Source: an uncultured Anaeroplasma sp. (GTDB lineage Bacteria > Bacillota_I > Bacilli_A > Acholeplasmatales > Anaeroplasmataceae). Taken from it: DNA of 64,000 nt. The DNA lies in NCBI GenBank assembly GCA_947592005.1, contig CANQDJ010000001.1, positions 11,035 through 75,034 of the forward strand, given 5' to 3'. The notes beneath the pieces are model-generated. The model was given only the letters and a program-made list of their open reading frames with translations, had not been told where the DNA came from and ran no database searches. Below are positions 46,855-56,938 of the stretch, one piece after another. A program made the translations under genes and the position numbers. Numbering within the stretch: the stretch's first letter is position 1; each line of letters opens with the position of its first letter.

Positions 46855-48543
46855 CTATTGAGCGATATCCATAAATATTGGGATAACGATAGGTTTTCTA
46901 TCGGTTTTTGTATAGATGATACGACTAAGTTGTTCTGTTAAATTATGTTTTAATATATTCAAATTGATTAGTTTTACTTTTGCCAATTCGGCAGTTAAAT
47001 AGTTTTTGGTTTCTTCTACGAAATAATGAGTTAGTTCTTCACTATCTTTCATATAAATGAAACCTCTTGAAACAACTTGTGGTTCGATTGGTAAGATTTT
47101 GTTTTTCGAATCGATGGTAATAACTAACGCAAACATTCCATCTTCCGATAAAGATTTTCGTTCTTTAATGATAGAAGAAGAAATATCACCAATACCACTG
47201 CCATCTATATATACATCTCCTGCGGTAATATGACCGGCTATACGGGCATTGTGATCGTTTATTGCTACGACATCGCCATTTTCCAATATAAAGGTGTTTT
47301 CTTTTTTTACTCCCGTTTCTATTGCCAAATCGGCATGAACCCGTTGCATACGATATTCTCCGTGAACCGGAATAAAATATTTCGGTTTGAGAAGGGTTAA
47401 CATCAATTTCAATTCTCCTTGAGCGGCATGACCAGTGGTATGCGTATCGGTAATTGGGGAGTGGGTAATAACATTCGCTCCATGTTTAAATAGTTGATTG
47501 ATCGTTCGATTTATGCCTTCTTGATTTCCGGGAATCGGAGAAGAAGAAAAGACGATGGTATCGGACGGTATCAATTTAATGAATTTATGTGTTCCGTTGG
47601 CAACTCGGGATAGTGCTGCAAGGGGTTCACCTTGGGAGCCGGTGCATAAGAAACATAATTCATTCGGTTTATAATTATTGATTTCATTTGCCTCAATGAT
47701 TGTTCCTTTTGGAGCCTTTATATAACCGATTTGTTGACCGATTTCGATAGTTTTTTCCATAGATCTTCCGAATATGGCAATTTTACGATGGCAATCAATA
47801 CAGGCTTGAACAATTTGTTGAACACGGAACATATTCGAAGCGAAGGTTGCGACAATGATTCGATTTTCGATTTGAGAAAACAATTCTTTGATAGAAGCCC
47901 CGATTTTTCGTTCGGAATCGGAAAATCCTTCTCTTAACGCATTGGTAGAATCCGCCAATAGACAAAGGATTCCGTTTGCCCCCAAATCCGCCAATTTTTC
48001 ATATTCCGCTCCTGGCCCAACCGGAGTCAAATCGATTTTGAAATCACCCGTATGAACAATAACTCCCAAATCGGTTTTAAAGACGATAGCGAAAGAATCC
48101 GGAATAGAATGATTTAAGCGAATAAAAGATATTTCCACTCCTTTAAATTTGTAAGTAAAGTGGCTTTTGAATTCCACAATTTGAGTCCTTGATAATAAAT
48201 CGGGATATTCTTCCAATTTATTTTCTATTAAATCCACTGTGACACCTGCCGCATAAATCTTGGGAATTTTGACTTTTTTTAATAAGAACGGAATTCCTCC
48301 GATATGATCTTCATGTCCGTGAGTAATAAAAAGACCCACAATTTTATGTTGATTTTCTTCTAAATAGGTATAATCGGGAATTACATAATCGACTCCCAAT
48401 AAATGTTCGTCCGGAAATAATATTCCCGAGTCAATGATAAAAAGTTGTTCCAAATAGTCGATAACATACATATTTTTCCCGACTTCACCAAGACCGCCTA
48501 AGGCAAAAATACCGATTTCTGAACGGTTTTTAATTTTTTCCAT
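46855..48543 (-). CDS. rnjA: Ribonuclease J1
   Basis: ALGGLGEVGKN, THGHEDHIGG, HTGDFKID, HTTGHA, PVHGEYR. Confidence 0.96.
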   Translation of the reverse strand: MEKIKNRSEIGIFALGGLGEVGKNMYVIDYLEQLFIIDSGILFPDEHLLGVDYVIPDYTYLEENQHKIVGLFITHGHEDHIGGIPFLLKKVKIPKIYAAGVTVDLIENKLEEYPDLLSRTQIVEFKSHFTYKFKGVEISFIRLNHSIPDSFAIVFKTDLGVIVHTGDFKIDLTPVGPGAEYEKLADLGANGILCLLADSTNALREGFSDSERKIGASIKELFSQIENRIIVATFASNMFRVQQIVQACIDCHRKIAIFGRSMEKTIEIGQQIGYIKAPKGTIIEANEINNYKPNELCFLCTGSQGEPLAALSRVANGTHKFIKLIPSDTIVFSSSPIPGNQEGINRTINQLFKHGANVITHSPITDTHTTGHAAQGELKLMLTLLKPKYFIPVHGEYRMQRVHADLAIETGVKKENTFILENGDVVAINDHNARIAGHITAGDVYIDGSGIGDISSSIIKERKSLSEDGMFALVITIDSKNKILPIEPQVVSRGFIYMKDSEELTHYFVEETKNYLTAELAKVKLINLNILKHNLTEQLSRIIYTKTDRKPIVIPIFMDIAQ

Positions 48544-48712
48544 TTTGTCCTCCTTTTTTTATTTATGGCAAATATTAGTTATTTTATATTATAGTATATT
48601 TATAACCAAATTTCAAAGACATTATGAAAATAAATGAAAAAAAGAGGAAATTCATAGATTTATCTATAAGATTATGCTATAATTTAACCGATTTGAAGGG
48701 AAGTAATAGATT

Positions 48713-50428
48713 ATGAAAGTTAGTAAAATGCTGATTTCTACTTTGAAAGAAGCTCCTGCGGAGGCAAAAATCGATTCTCATATTCTTTTGTTGCGGGCAG
48801 GAATGATAAAAAACGAAGTGGCGGGAGTGTATAATTTTTTACCACTTGGATTAAGAGTTTTAAATAAAATTGAAGATATCATTCGCCAAGAAATGGATAA
48901 AGCGGGTGGTATAGAGATATTATGTTCCGCTATTCAACCGAAAGAATTGTGGGAAGAGTCCGGAAGGTGGAAAAAATACGGACCGGAATTGATGCGGTTT
49001 AAAGATCGGCATGAAAGAGAATTTTGTTTGGGTCCTACCCATGAAGAAGTATTTACTTCCTTAGCGAGAGATTTAATTAAAAGTTCAAAGAATTTACCTA
49101 TTAATTTATATCAAATTCAAACCAAATACAGAGATGAAGTTCGTCCGAGATTTGCCTTGATGCGTGGTAGAGAATTTATCATGAAAGACGCTTATAGTTT
49201 TGATAAAGACGAAGTTGGTTTGGAAAAATCTTATCAAAATATGTTTGATACGTATAATCGTATTTTTACTCGTTTGAAACTGCATTATCAACCTGTTTTG
49301 GCCGATACGGGAAATATCGGTGGAAACGGATCTCATCAATTTATGGCTTTGTCTGATATAGGAGAATCGGAAATCGTATATTGTGATGCTTGTGGGTATG
49401 CGGCAGATGTAGAGAAGGCAACGATTCGATTGGAGAATCGATTGGAGAAAGAAAAAAGGGAATTGGAAAAGGTTCATACTCCAAATCAAAGAACGATTGA
49501 AGAAATTTCTCGTTTTTTAAATGTTTCTTCCCAAGATACGGCTAAGACGATCATTTATCATGATTTTGTGAATGAGAAATTTGTTGCGGTAGTTGTTCGT
49601 GGTGATCGGGAAGTCAATGAAATTAAGTTGGTAAATGAATTGCATTCCAATGAAAATTATTTGGTTTTAGCAACCGAAGAAGAGATTTTATCTTTAAAAA
49701 CCATTCATGGGTTTTGTGGACCGATGGGTATATCTTGTGAAGTGTATGTTGATGAAGAGGTTGCTCAAATGACGGATATGGTGATTGGGGCAAATGAAAA
49801 AGATTATCATTATATTCATGCTTGTTACGGAAGAGATTTCGAAGGAAAAATTTGTGATATCAAGAAGGCTCGGGCTGGTGATTTATGTCCTGTATGCGGT
49901 CGCCCTATGAATCAGGAACGAGGGATTGAAGTTGGACAGATTTTTAAACTTCAAACGAAGTATTCCGAACCAATGAAATGTGTATATGTCAATGAAGAAG
50001 GAAAGAATATACCTATGGTTATGGGGTGTTACGGAATTGGTGTAACAAGAACTCTTCAAGCCATTGTGGAACAATATCATGATGAATTCGGTATAAAATG
50101 GCCATTGGTTGTTGCTCCATATCAAGTGGTTATTGTTCCGGTATCTTATGCCGATGATACGCAAAGAATACTTGCGGAAAAGATGTATCAGGAATTGTTG
50201 GATTTACATATCGAAGTTTTATTCGATGATCGAAATGCGAAAGCCGGTTTTAAATTTAAGGATTGGGAATTGATCGGTATTCCCTTTATAATCGTCTGTG
50301 GAAAACGTTCGAATGAAGGCATTGTTGAATTTAAAGAACGAATGACGATGGAAAAAGAAGAACTTCTTTCAGAAATAGCAGTATCTAAAGTAGTAGATAA
50401 AATAAAAAAAGAAGGAGAAAAAATATGA
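48713..50428 (+). CDS. proS: Proline--tRNA ligase
   Basis: LGPTHEE, QTKYRDEVRPRF, INS editing domain, MGCYGIGV. Confidence 0.98.
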   Translation: MKVSKMLISTLKEAPAEAKIDSHILLLRAGMIKNEVAGVYNFLPLGLRVLNKIEDIIRQEMDKAGGIEILCSAIQPKELWEESGRWKKYGPELMRFKDRHEREFCLGPTHEEVFTSLARDLIKSSKNLPINLYQIQTKYRDEVRPRFALMRGREFIMKDAYSFDKDEVGLEKSYQNMFDTYNRIFTRLKLHYQPVLADTGNIGGNGSHQFMALSDIGESEIVYCDACGYAADVEKATIRLENRLEKEKRELEKVHTPNQRTIEEISRFLNVSSQDTAKTIIYHDFVNEKFVAVVVRGDREVNEIKLVNELHSNENYLVLATEEEILSLKTIHGFCGPMGISCEVYVDEEVAQMTDMVIGANEKDYHYIHACYGRDFEGKICDIKKARAGDLCPVCGRPMNQERGIEVGQIFKLQTKYSEPMKCVYVNEEGKNIPMVMGCYGIGVTRTLQAIVEQYHDEFGIKWPLVVAPYQVVIVPVSYADDTQRILAEKMYQELLDLHIEVLFDDRNAKAGFKFKDWELIGIPFIIVCGKRSNEGIVEFKERMTMEKEELLSEIAVSKVVDKIKKEGEKI

Positions 50429-51156
50429 CAGAAATAGATGTTCTCGTTCAAATGATTCGTTCTAGTCAATCTATTGTTGTTTTTTCGGGAGCGGGACTTT
50501 CTACCAATTCTGGCATACCTGATTTTCGTTCGGCAGATGGAATTTATAATCAGAAGTTAAAAAGTAAAATTTTACCGGAAGAAATTATTTCTCATTCCTT
50601 TTTTATAAAATATCCGAAAGATTTTTATTCTTTTTATTTTTCCAAAATGGTTTATCCGGAGGCAAAACCCAATGAGGCACACCTCTTTTTTGCCGATTTG
50701 GAAAAAATGGGTAAAAAGGTTACGGTCGTTACACAGAATATCGATAATCTTCATCAAATGGCAGGTAGCACTAATGTGATTGAATTACATGGAAGTGTTA
50801 TGCGGAATTATTGTATGAAATGTGGAAAATATTATGATTTAAAAGATATTTCTACTTCAAATGTTCCATATTGTGATTGTGGAGGAATTATTAAACCCGA
50901 TGTCGTTTTATATGAAGAAGGATTAAAACAAAGGGATATCGAACGAGCGATTGAAAGTATAGAGAATTGTGATATGTTGATTGTGGTGGGAACTTCTTTG
51001 GTTGTTTATCCCGCTGCCTCTTTTATTCGGTTTTATCAAAAAAATAAATTGGTTTTACTAAATAAATCGGAAACGCCATACGATTCTATGGCGGATTTGG
51101 TGATTCATGACGATATTAAAAAGATTGTAGAAGAAATAAAAAGGAACAAACTGTAA
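50425..51156 (+). CDS. cobB: NAD-dependent deacylase (sirtuin)
   Basis: GAGLSTNSGIPDFR, TQNID, HGS, two Zn Cys pairs, GTSL. Confidence 0.93.
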   Translation: MTEIDVLVQMIRSSQSIVVFSGAGLSTNSGIPDFRSADGIYNQKLKSKILPEEIISHSFFIKYPKDFYSFYFSKMVYPEAKPNEAHLFFADLEKMGKKVTVVTQNIDNLHQMAGSTNVIELHGSVMRNYCMKCGKYYDLKDISTSNVPYCDCGGIIKPDVVLYEEGLKQRDIERAIESIENCDMLIVVGTSLVVYPAASFIRFYQKNKLVLLNKSETPYDSMADLVIHDDIKKIVEEIKRNKL

Positions 51157-51176
51157 ATGCGGTTTGTTCCTTTTTT
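51137..51176. terminator. Bidirectional terminator
   Basis: AAAAGGAACAAAC/GTTTGTTCCTTTT stem. Confidence 0.75.
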
Positions 51177-51186
51177 AAAATAATTA

Positions 51187-51543
51187 CTAATGAATGGTTG
51201 CCCCGAATGGTGCCAAAGATAAATGAGCAAGTTTAAATGCTTGTTTACCGAATGGAATACCAATGATGGTAATACACCAAAGTACACCCAAAATCAAGAA
51301 GCCTAATGCTAAGCCAAGACCGCCAAGTAACATCCAAATAACGTTAGCGATTGGATGAGCACCGAAGTTTTCGTCTACGGTTTTGCCGAACGGCCAGAAG
51401 ATTAAACCGGCAATTTTGAATGCTTGTTTACCAAATGGAATTCCGATAATGGTAATGCACCAAAGTGCTCCGACTAAAATCCAACCTATACCTTCGATTA
51501 AACCAGTTAGAAAAAACCAAAGAATATTCCCGATTGTTTTCAT
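51187..51543 (-). CDS. YccF domain membrane protein
   Basis: Duplicated CITIIGIPFGKQAFK motif. Confidence 0.93.
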   Translation of the reverse strand: MKTIGNILWFFLTGLIEGIGWILVGALWCITIIGIPFGKQAFKIAGLIFWPFGKTVDENFGAHPIANVIWMLLGGLGLALGFLILGVLWCITIIGIPFGKQAFKLAHLSLAPFGATIH

Positions 51544-51645
51544 ACTACACTCTCCTTTTCAATTTGAATTTTAGGATATATTATAGATATTTGTCAAGTG
51601 AATTGTAATATATTGTAAAAAACACCCATTTTTATGTAAAAATGT

Positions 51646-51667
51646 GGACTGTGAAAGTCCACAGTCC
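51646..51667. repeat. Short hairpin of the GGACTGTG/CACAGTCC family
   Basis: GGACTGTG-aaagtc-CACAGTCC. Confidence 0.6.
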
Positions 51668-51670
51668 TTT

Positions 51671-52627
51671 TTAATAGATATAATAGGCTAATTTATAAAA
51701 GTATGGATACAAATCGAAATAGTTTTCTAAATCGGTATTGGTTGAGGCGGGATCGTGAATTAAAAATTTATCTTCCGAAAGGGTATTTCCACCCTTATAT
51801 CCATAAATTACTACCCAATGCTGTCCTCCATAAATGGTTTTACTTCCAATCAAAAGTGGTTTTCCTTCTTGTAAAATTTGATAGGCTTTATTTAGATAAT
51901 CAAAATCGGTATAAAAATGATATCTATATGGCCAATACATACTACCGTCGGAAGTATATGAAGAAATGGATTCCATATAATCGGGAGTTATTATATATCC
52001 TCTGCGGTAGGATTCAACCATAGCCATAGAGGTAGTTAAACAGCCGATCTGTTGAATGGTTTTTCCCGATTCAGCGATATAGATATTTTTCCAACGACTG
52101 TCGTATTGTTTAAAATCGACTACATCATAAACTATTTTGTTATAAGTTGTAATCGGAGAAAGGTAGGTTAAACTTACATAACCAATCTTATTTCCTTCGA
52201 ATAAAACTTTAGCCCAACCATTTTGTTTGGATAATACCACAACATAATCGGCATCGGCAATTTTTTCTATAATACTATAAGAAGTAGAAGCCCCGCTCCG
52301 CACATTTAAGTTAGAACCGGAAGTGGATACTTGATATATATCGGAAGATACGATATGAACATAATCTTGATGGACATATCCATATGCATTTTCTTTATAT
52401 TCTGTATAATACCAATCTCCTTGTTTGTTTAAAATGGTAAGATATGATCCGTCTTTGGCTTTTCCTAAAATGGGAGAAGAGATAGAAGCGGATTGTCTGA
52501 CATTTAGATTATACCCATCGGCAGTTACTATTCCTGCCGATTCTATCTTTGTTTGGGCAGAAGTATTTATTTTAAAGATAAGAAACATACCGATAAAGAG
52601 TATAAAAGCAAATATTCTTTTTTTCAT
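51671..52627 (-). CDS. Secreted SH3b-SH3b plus C39-like peptidase (probable cell wall hydrolase)
   Basis: Signal peptide, two LNVR SH3b repeats, KQYDSRW...GCLTTSMAM, QHWVVI, IHDP. Confidence 0.85.
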   Translation of the reverse strand: MKKRIFAFILFIGMFLIFKINTSAQTKIESAGIVTADGYNLNVRQSASISSPILGKAKDGSYLTILNKQGDWYYTEYKENAYGYVHQDYVHIVSSDIYQVSTSGSNLNVRSGASTSYSIIEKIADADYVVVLSKQNGWAKVLFEGNKIGYVSLTYLSPITTYNKIVYDVVDFKQYDSRWKNIYIAESGKTIQQIGCLTTSMAMVESYRRGYIITPDYMESISSYTSDGSMYWPYRYHFYTDFDYLNKAYQILQEGKPLLIGSKTIYGGQHWVVIYGYKGGNTLSEDKFLIHDPASTNTDLENYFDLYPYFYKLAYYIY

Positions 52628-52679
52628 AATTTCACCCAACTATACTATACCATAGGGGTTAGGCATTTTTATTTACAAT

Positions 52680-53405
52680 TTATGGAAGAATGAAATCGAA
52701 GAAATCCAATATATTGGTTTGCCAAGAAGAATAATTGTTTTGTTGTTCATTTTCATAATTTAATTTAATATTGTTGGAATTAAAAGAAGATATTTTAGAA
52801 TAAAGTTGATATACCAAATCGTTTTCTTCATTTTCTTTTCCACCTTGAAAAATATAAACTTGTTTTTTTTCTTGTAAGTGTTTTTCCAAATCTTGCCAAA
52901 CATTTTCACAACAAGATAATCGCAATGAAAATAATCCTGCAGAGGAAAACATAGGATAATGATATAATGCATATAAGGCGAATACCGCTCCTTCTTGAAA
53001 ACCCAAAACAGAGGCGGTATCTTCGATGCGGTAGCGTTGTTTTAAAATAGGGTGAAGAGAATCGACCAAGTAATCGGCAAATATCTTGGATAAGGCCGGG
53101 TCGACATCGGTATTATCTTTTTTATAGTAAGGACATAGTTCGCTTATTCTCCAATCTGGATTTTTTGGCGAATGTAGTCCAATCAATATACAATTTTTGG
53201 GGTAATTTTCCAAAATGGTCGGTAAATCAAAAACTTTATATGCGTCATCTAAGGAATGAAACATTAATTGAGCATCGAATATATAACATACCGGATAGAT
53301 TTTTGTGGTTATGTTATATTCTTTGGGAAGAAATACCGATATTTTCAGTTGTCTTTTTAATTCTCTTGCGATAATTTTAAAATTTTCTACCATAGATATC
53401 ACCAA
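52680..53405 (-). CDS. Alpha/beta-hydrolase (putative esterase family), nucleophile apparently lost
   Basis: YPVCYIFDAQ, RISELCPY, LHPILKQRYR; GFQEGA in place of GxSxG. Confidence 0.7.
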   Translation of the reverse strand: MVISMVENFKIIARELKRQLKISVFLPKEYNITTKIYPVCYIFDAQLMFHSLDDAYKVFDLPTILENYPKNCILIGLHSPKNPDWRISELCPYYKKDNTDVDPALSKIFADYLVDSLHPILKQRYRIEDTASVLGFQEGAVFALYALYHYPMFSSAGLFSLRLSCCENVWQDLEKHLQEKKQVYIFQGGKENEENDLVYQLYSKISSFNSNNIKLNYENEQQNNYSSWQTNILDFFDFILP

Positions 53406-53451
53406 TTCTATTATACTGAATTATTTTAAAAATTCACTAAAATAATATTTT

Positions 53452-53494
53452 TTGGCACTTATTTATTGACAGTGCCAAAAAATAGGTATATAAT
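53452..53494 (+). promoter_or_regulatory. CIRCE-like operator overlapping the sigma-A promoter of htpG
   Basis: TTGGCACTT-N9-CAGTGCCAA (53452-53478); TTGACA-N17-TATAAT. Confidence 0.75.
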
Positions 53495-53523
53495 TACTTA
53501 TGTAAATGAATGGAGGATATGAA

Positions 53524-55425
53524 ATGAAAGAAAAAAAGAAGTTTAAAACAGAAACAAAACGATTGTTGGATATGATGATTAATTCTATTTATACCCATAA
53601 AGAAATATTTTTGAGAGAGTTGATTTCCAACGCCAGCGATGCGATAGATAAAAGACATTATTTATCATTGACTGATTCGGAGTTATCCGCTCCGGAATAT
53701 AAGATTTTAATCGAAGCGAATAAGGAAGATCATATTTTAACAATTACGGATAATGGTGTCGGTATGACCAAAGAGGAGTTAGAACAACATTTGGGAACGA
53801 TTGCCAAATCCGGAAGTAAAGAATTTATGGAAGCGGTAGCGAAAGAAAACACACCGGAAGTGGATATTATCGGTCAATTCGGTGTTGGATTTTATTCCGC
53901 ATTTATGGTTGCCAAAAAGGTAGATGTGCTTACGAAATCTGTTAAGGAAGGAAAAGCCTATTTGTTTTCTTCTGAAGGTTTGGAATCTTATACGATTGAA
54001 GAAGCGGAAAAAGAAGATTTCGGTACGATAATTACACTTTATTTGCGGGAAGATACGGAAGATGAATCTTATTCTAAGTATTTGGAAGAATATGAAATTA
54101 GAGAATTGGTTAAAAAATATTCTGATTATGTCCGTTATCCGATTCAGACTTGGATTACCAAGTATGATGATGTAAAAGAAGAGGAAGATAAGGACAAGGA
54201 GGATAAGGAACCGAAGACTCATGTTGAATTGGAAACAATCAATTCTATGTTGCCGATTTGGAAGAAGAATAAGAGCGAAGTAAGCGAAGAAGAATTGAAT
54301 ACGTTCTATAAAAGTAAATTTATGGATTATCAAGATCCGATTACTTCTATCCATATCAATGTAGAAGGTATGCTTACCTATAATGCGTTATTGTTTATTC
54401 CGAAAAAACCTCTTTATGATTTTTATACCGATCGAAATGAAAGAGGATTACAGTTATATACGAAAGGTGTATTTATTTTAGATAAATGTAAGGAATTGAT
54501 TCCGGAGTATTTACGATTTGTTAAAGGATTGGTCGATAGTGCGGATTTGTCTTTGAATATTTCTCGGGAAATGTTACAAGAGGATCGGGCAATTAAGAAG
54601 ATTGCAGGCAATGTCGAAAAGAAGATTTTGTCAGAATTGGGAAGAATGTTGAAAAATGATCGGGAAAAATATGAAACATTCTTTAAGGACTACGGAATTA
54701 ATTTGAAATACGGATTGTATGAAGATTATGGTGCTAAGAAAGATCAATTAAAAGATTTGATTATTCTGCAAAGTTATAATCAAGATAAGAAGATTACGTT
54801 TGCCGAATATAAAGAGGCAATGCCGGAGGGTCAAAAGGCGATTTATTATGCTTCCGGAGAAAATAAAGATGCGGTTGGAAAATTACCACAGATGGATTTG
54901 ATAAAAGCCAAAGGATATGATGTGTTTATTTTGGCAGATGATGTCGATGAGTTTATGCTTCAAGTGTTGAAGGAGTATGATTCTGTTCCATTTAAGTCTT
55001 TGAATCAAGGAGATTTGGACTTGATTGATGAAGAGGATTCTAAGAAAATAGATGAATTGAAAGAAACGAAAAAACCGCTTTTGGAAAAGATTAAAGCAGC
55101 GTTGCCGAATGTAAAAGATGTTGTGTTATCTAAACGGTTGGTTGACGCACCATGTTGTTTATCCAATGACAGTGGATTGTCTTTTGAAATGGAGCGGGTT
55201 TTAAAGAATCAAAACCATACAGAGATTAAAGCGGATAGAATATTGGAATTAAATCCGAACCACCCTGTGTTTGCTAAGTTGGAAGAAACATATGATAATG
55301 ATGAAGAACTAGGGAATACTTACGCAAAGATTTTATACACGCAAGCCTTATTGATGGAAGGAATATTGCCGGATAATCCTCAGGAATTCGGAAAAGATGT
55401 TTGTGATTTGTTGTTGAAGAAGTAA
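53524..55425 (+). CDS. htpG: Hsp90 chaperone HtpG
   Basis: IFLRELISNASDA, DNGVGM, GTIAKSG, IGQFGVGFYS. Confidence 0.98.
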   Translation: MKEKKKFKTETKRLLDMMINSIYTHKEIFLRELISNASDAIDKRHYLSLTDSELSAPEYKILIEANKEDHILTITDNGVGMTKEELEQHLGTIAKSGSKEFMEAVAKENTPEVDIIGQFGVGFYSAFMVAKKVDVLTKSVKEGKAYLFSSEGLESYTIEEAEKEDFGTIITLYLREDTEDESYSKYLEEYEIRELVKKYSDYVRYPIQTWITKYDDVKEEEDKDKEDKEPKTHVELETINSMLPIWKKNKSEVSEEELNTFYKSKFMDYQDPITSIHINVEGMLTYNALLFIPKKPLYDFYTDRNERGLQLYTKGVFILDKCKELIPEYLRFVKGLVDSADLSLNISREMLQEDRAIKKIAGNVEKKILSELGRMLKNDREKYETFFKDYGINLKYGLYEDYGAKKDQLKDLIILQSYNQDKKITFAEYKEAMPEGQKAIYYASGENKDAVGKLPQMDLIKAKGYDVFILADDVDEFMLQVLKEYDSVPFKSLNQGDLDLIDEEDSKKIDELKETKKPLLEKIKAALPNVKDVVLSKRLVDAPCCLSNDSGLSFEMERVLKNQNHTEIKADRILELNPNHPVFAKLEETYDNDEELGNTYAKILYTQALLMEGILPDNPQEFGKDVCDLLLKK

Positions 55426-55432
55426 AAAAAGA

Positions 55433-55472
55433 GGCTGTGAACCTAACTTTTAAAAAGAAAGGTTTCACAGCC
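55433..55472. repeat. 40-bp palindromic repeat element, copy 1
   Basis: GGCTGTGAACC-TAACTTTTAAAAAGAAA-GGTTTCACAGCC; near-identical reverse complement at 63776-63815. Confidence 0.85.
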
Positions 55473-55482
55473 CTTTTTAATT

Positions 55483-56760
55483 TTATTGTTGAACGATTTC
55501 GCTTACATCGTTTGGTATTTCGTTTTTATAGGTTTGTTTTAGAAGAATCGGTGTTACAAAAGAAGTTATCAATATAAGTACCAAGATAAATGGCTGAATC
55601 GAAGCGTCTATGATGCCGGCATCGATTCCTTTTTGAGCGCAGATTAAACAAACTTCTGCTCGACACATCATACCGATTCCACAACGAAGGGAATCTTTAA
55701 AAGAAAATTTACAGATTTTCGCTCCTGCTCCGCAACCGATTAGTTTTCCCGAAATTCCGGCTAAGATAAATATAATACCGAATAGGATAAAGGAAGGTTG
55801 AATGGAAGAAAAACTACTTAAGGAAGTAAGACCTACTCTGGCAAAGAAGACGGGAGTGAATAACAAATAGGAAGTTATATCGGTTCTTCGTTCGATATAA
55901 TTGGTGTCTTTTTCACCGGATAGAACCAAACCGGCAAAAAACGCACCGGTAATATCGGCAATTCCAAACCATTTTTCTGCCGCATATGCATAGAAAAACG
56001 CCACAGCGATAGCGAATATCGGGATTCGTCGATGGTGATCATATCGACTGGCTAATTTTTTAAATAAAATATGAAGTAGTAAGCCGATTCCGATGGCGAA
56101 AACGAAGAACAGAATGGTCTTTCCCAAAACGATGGCAATATCCAATCCAACGTTTGTTCCTGTACCATCTACCAATGCTTTATCCAAAGATACGATTACG
56201 GAAAGAATAATGACTCCGATTATATCGTCTAAGATTGCCGCTGAAACGATTGCTGTGCCAATTTTGGAATTTAATTTACCCAATTCCTTTAAGGTCGCTA
56301 CCGTAACGGAAACGGAAGTTGCGGTAAGAATGACACCATAGAAACAATTTCTGAATATGGTTTTTGTCATATTGATATTGCCGTCGATGTCGACAACTTT
56401 CGGCAAGATAAGAGAAGAAAGCACACCTAATCCCATTGGAACAAGTACGCCCAATATGGTGATGACCGAAGCGGCAACACCTGTTTCTTTGATTTGTTTT
56501 AAATCGGTTTCCAATCCTGCGGAAAACATAATAAAGATAACTCCGATTTCGGCGATAAAGGCGATTCCGTCCATCGCTCCTTCGGTAAATATGGGTTGGT
56601 TGGGAATTAAAGTGATTAAACCCAATAAAACCCCCGTAAGCAATAACCCAATAACTTGGGGTAATCCGAGTTTTCTTGCCCCGATGCTTAATAATTTGGA
56701 GAATACCAATATTAAGGCAAGAGGAAGAAGAATCTCGAATGATTCGATTGCCATAAACAT
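55483..56760 (-). CDS. Cation:proton antiporter (CPA2, NapA/GerN-like)
   Basis: MFSAGLETD, ATSVSVTVATLKE, AAILDDIIG, PVFF, GIGMMCRAEV. Confidence 0.9.
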   Translation of the reverse strand: MFMAIESFEILLPLALILVFSKLLSIGARKLGLPQVIGLLLTGVLLGLITLIPNQPIFTEGAMDGIAFIAEIGVIFIMFSAGLETDLKQIKETGVAASVITILGVLVPMGLGVLSSLILPKVVDIDGNINMTKTIFRNCFYGVILTATSVSVTVATLKELGKLNSKIGTAIVSAAILDDIIGVIILSVIVSLDKALVDGTGTNVGLDIAIVLGKTILFFVFAIGIGLLLHILFKKLASRYDHHRRIPIFAIAVAFFYAYAAEKWFGIADITGAFFAGLVLSGEKDTNYIERRTDITSYLLFTPVFFARVGLTSLSSFSSIQPSFILFGIIFILAGISGKLIGCGAGAKICKFSFKDSLRCGIGMMCRAEVCLICAQKGIDAGIIDASIQPFILVLILITSFVTPILLKQTYKNEIPNDVSEIVQQ

Positions 56761-56938
56761 ATGTAACACTCCCTTTTCAAACAATTATAATTTTAGCACT
56801 TTATCGGTTTTTTGGTTTGTTAAAGCGTTTTCTTTTTTTGTTTTAAATGATATAGATTGTTTTATCTTCATAAAATTGTGTTAGTTTTTCCTTTTTTTCT
56901 TTTTTTACAAGCGTATAATGAATAAGGAAGTGATAAGA

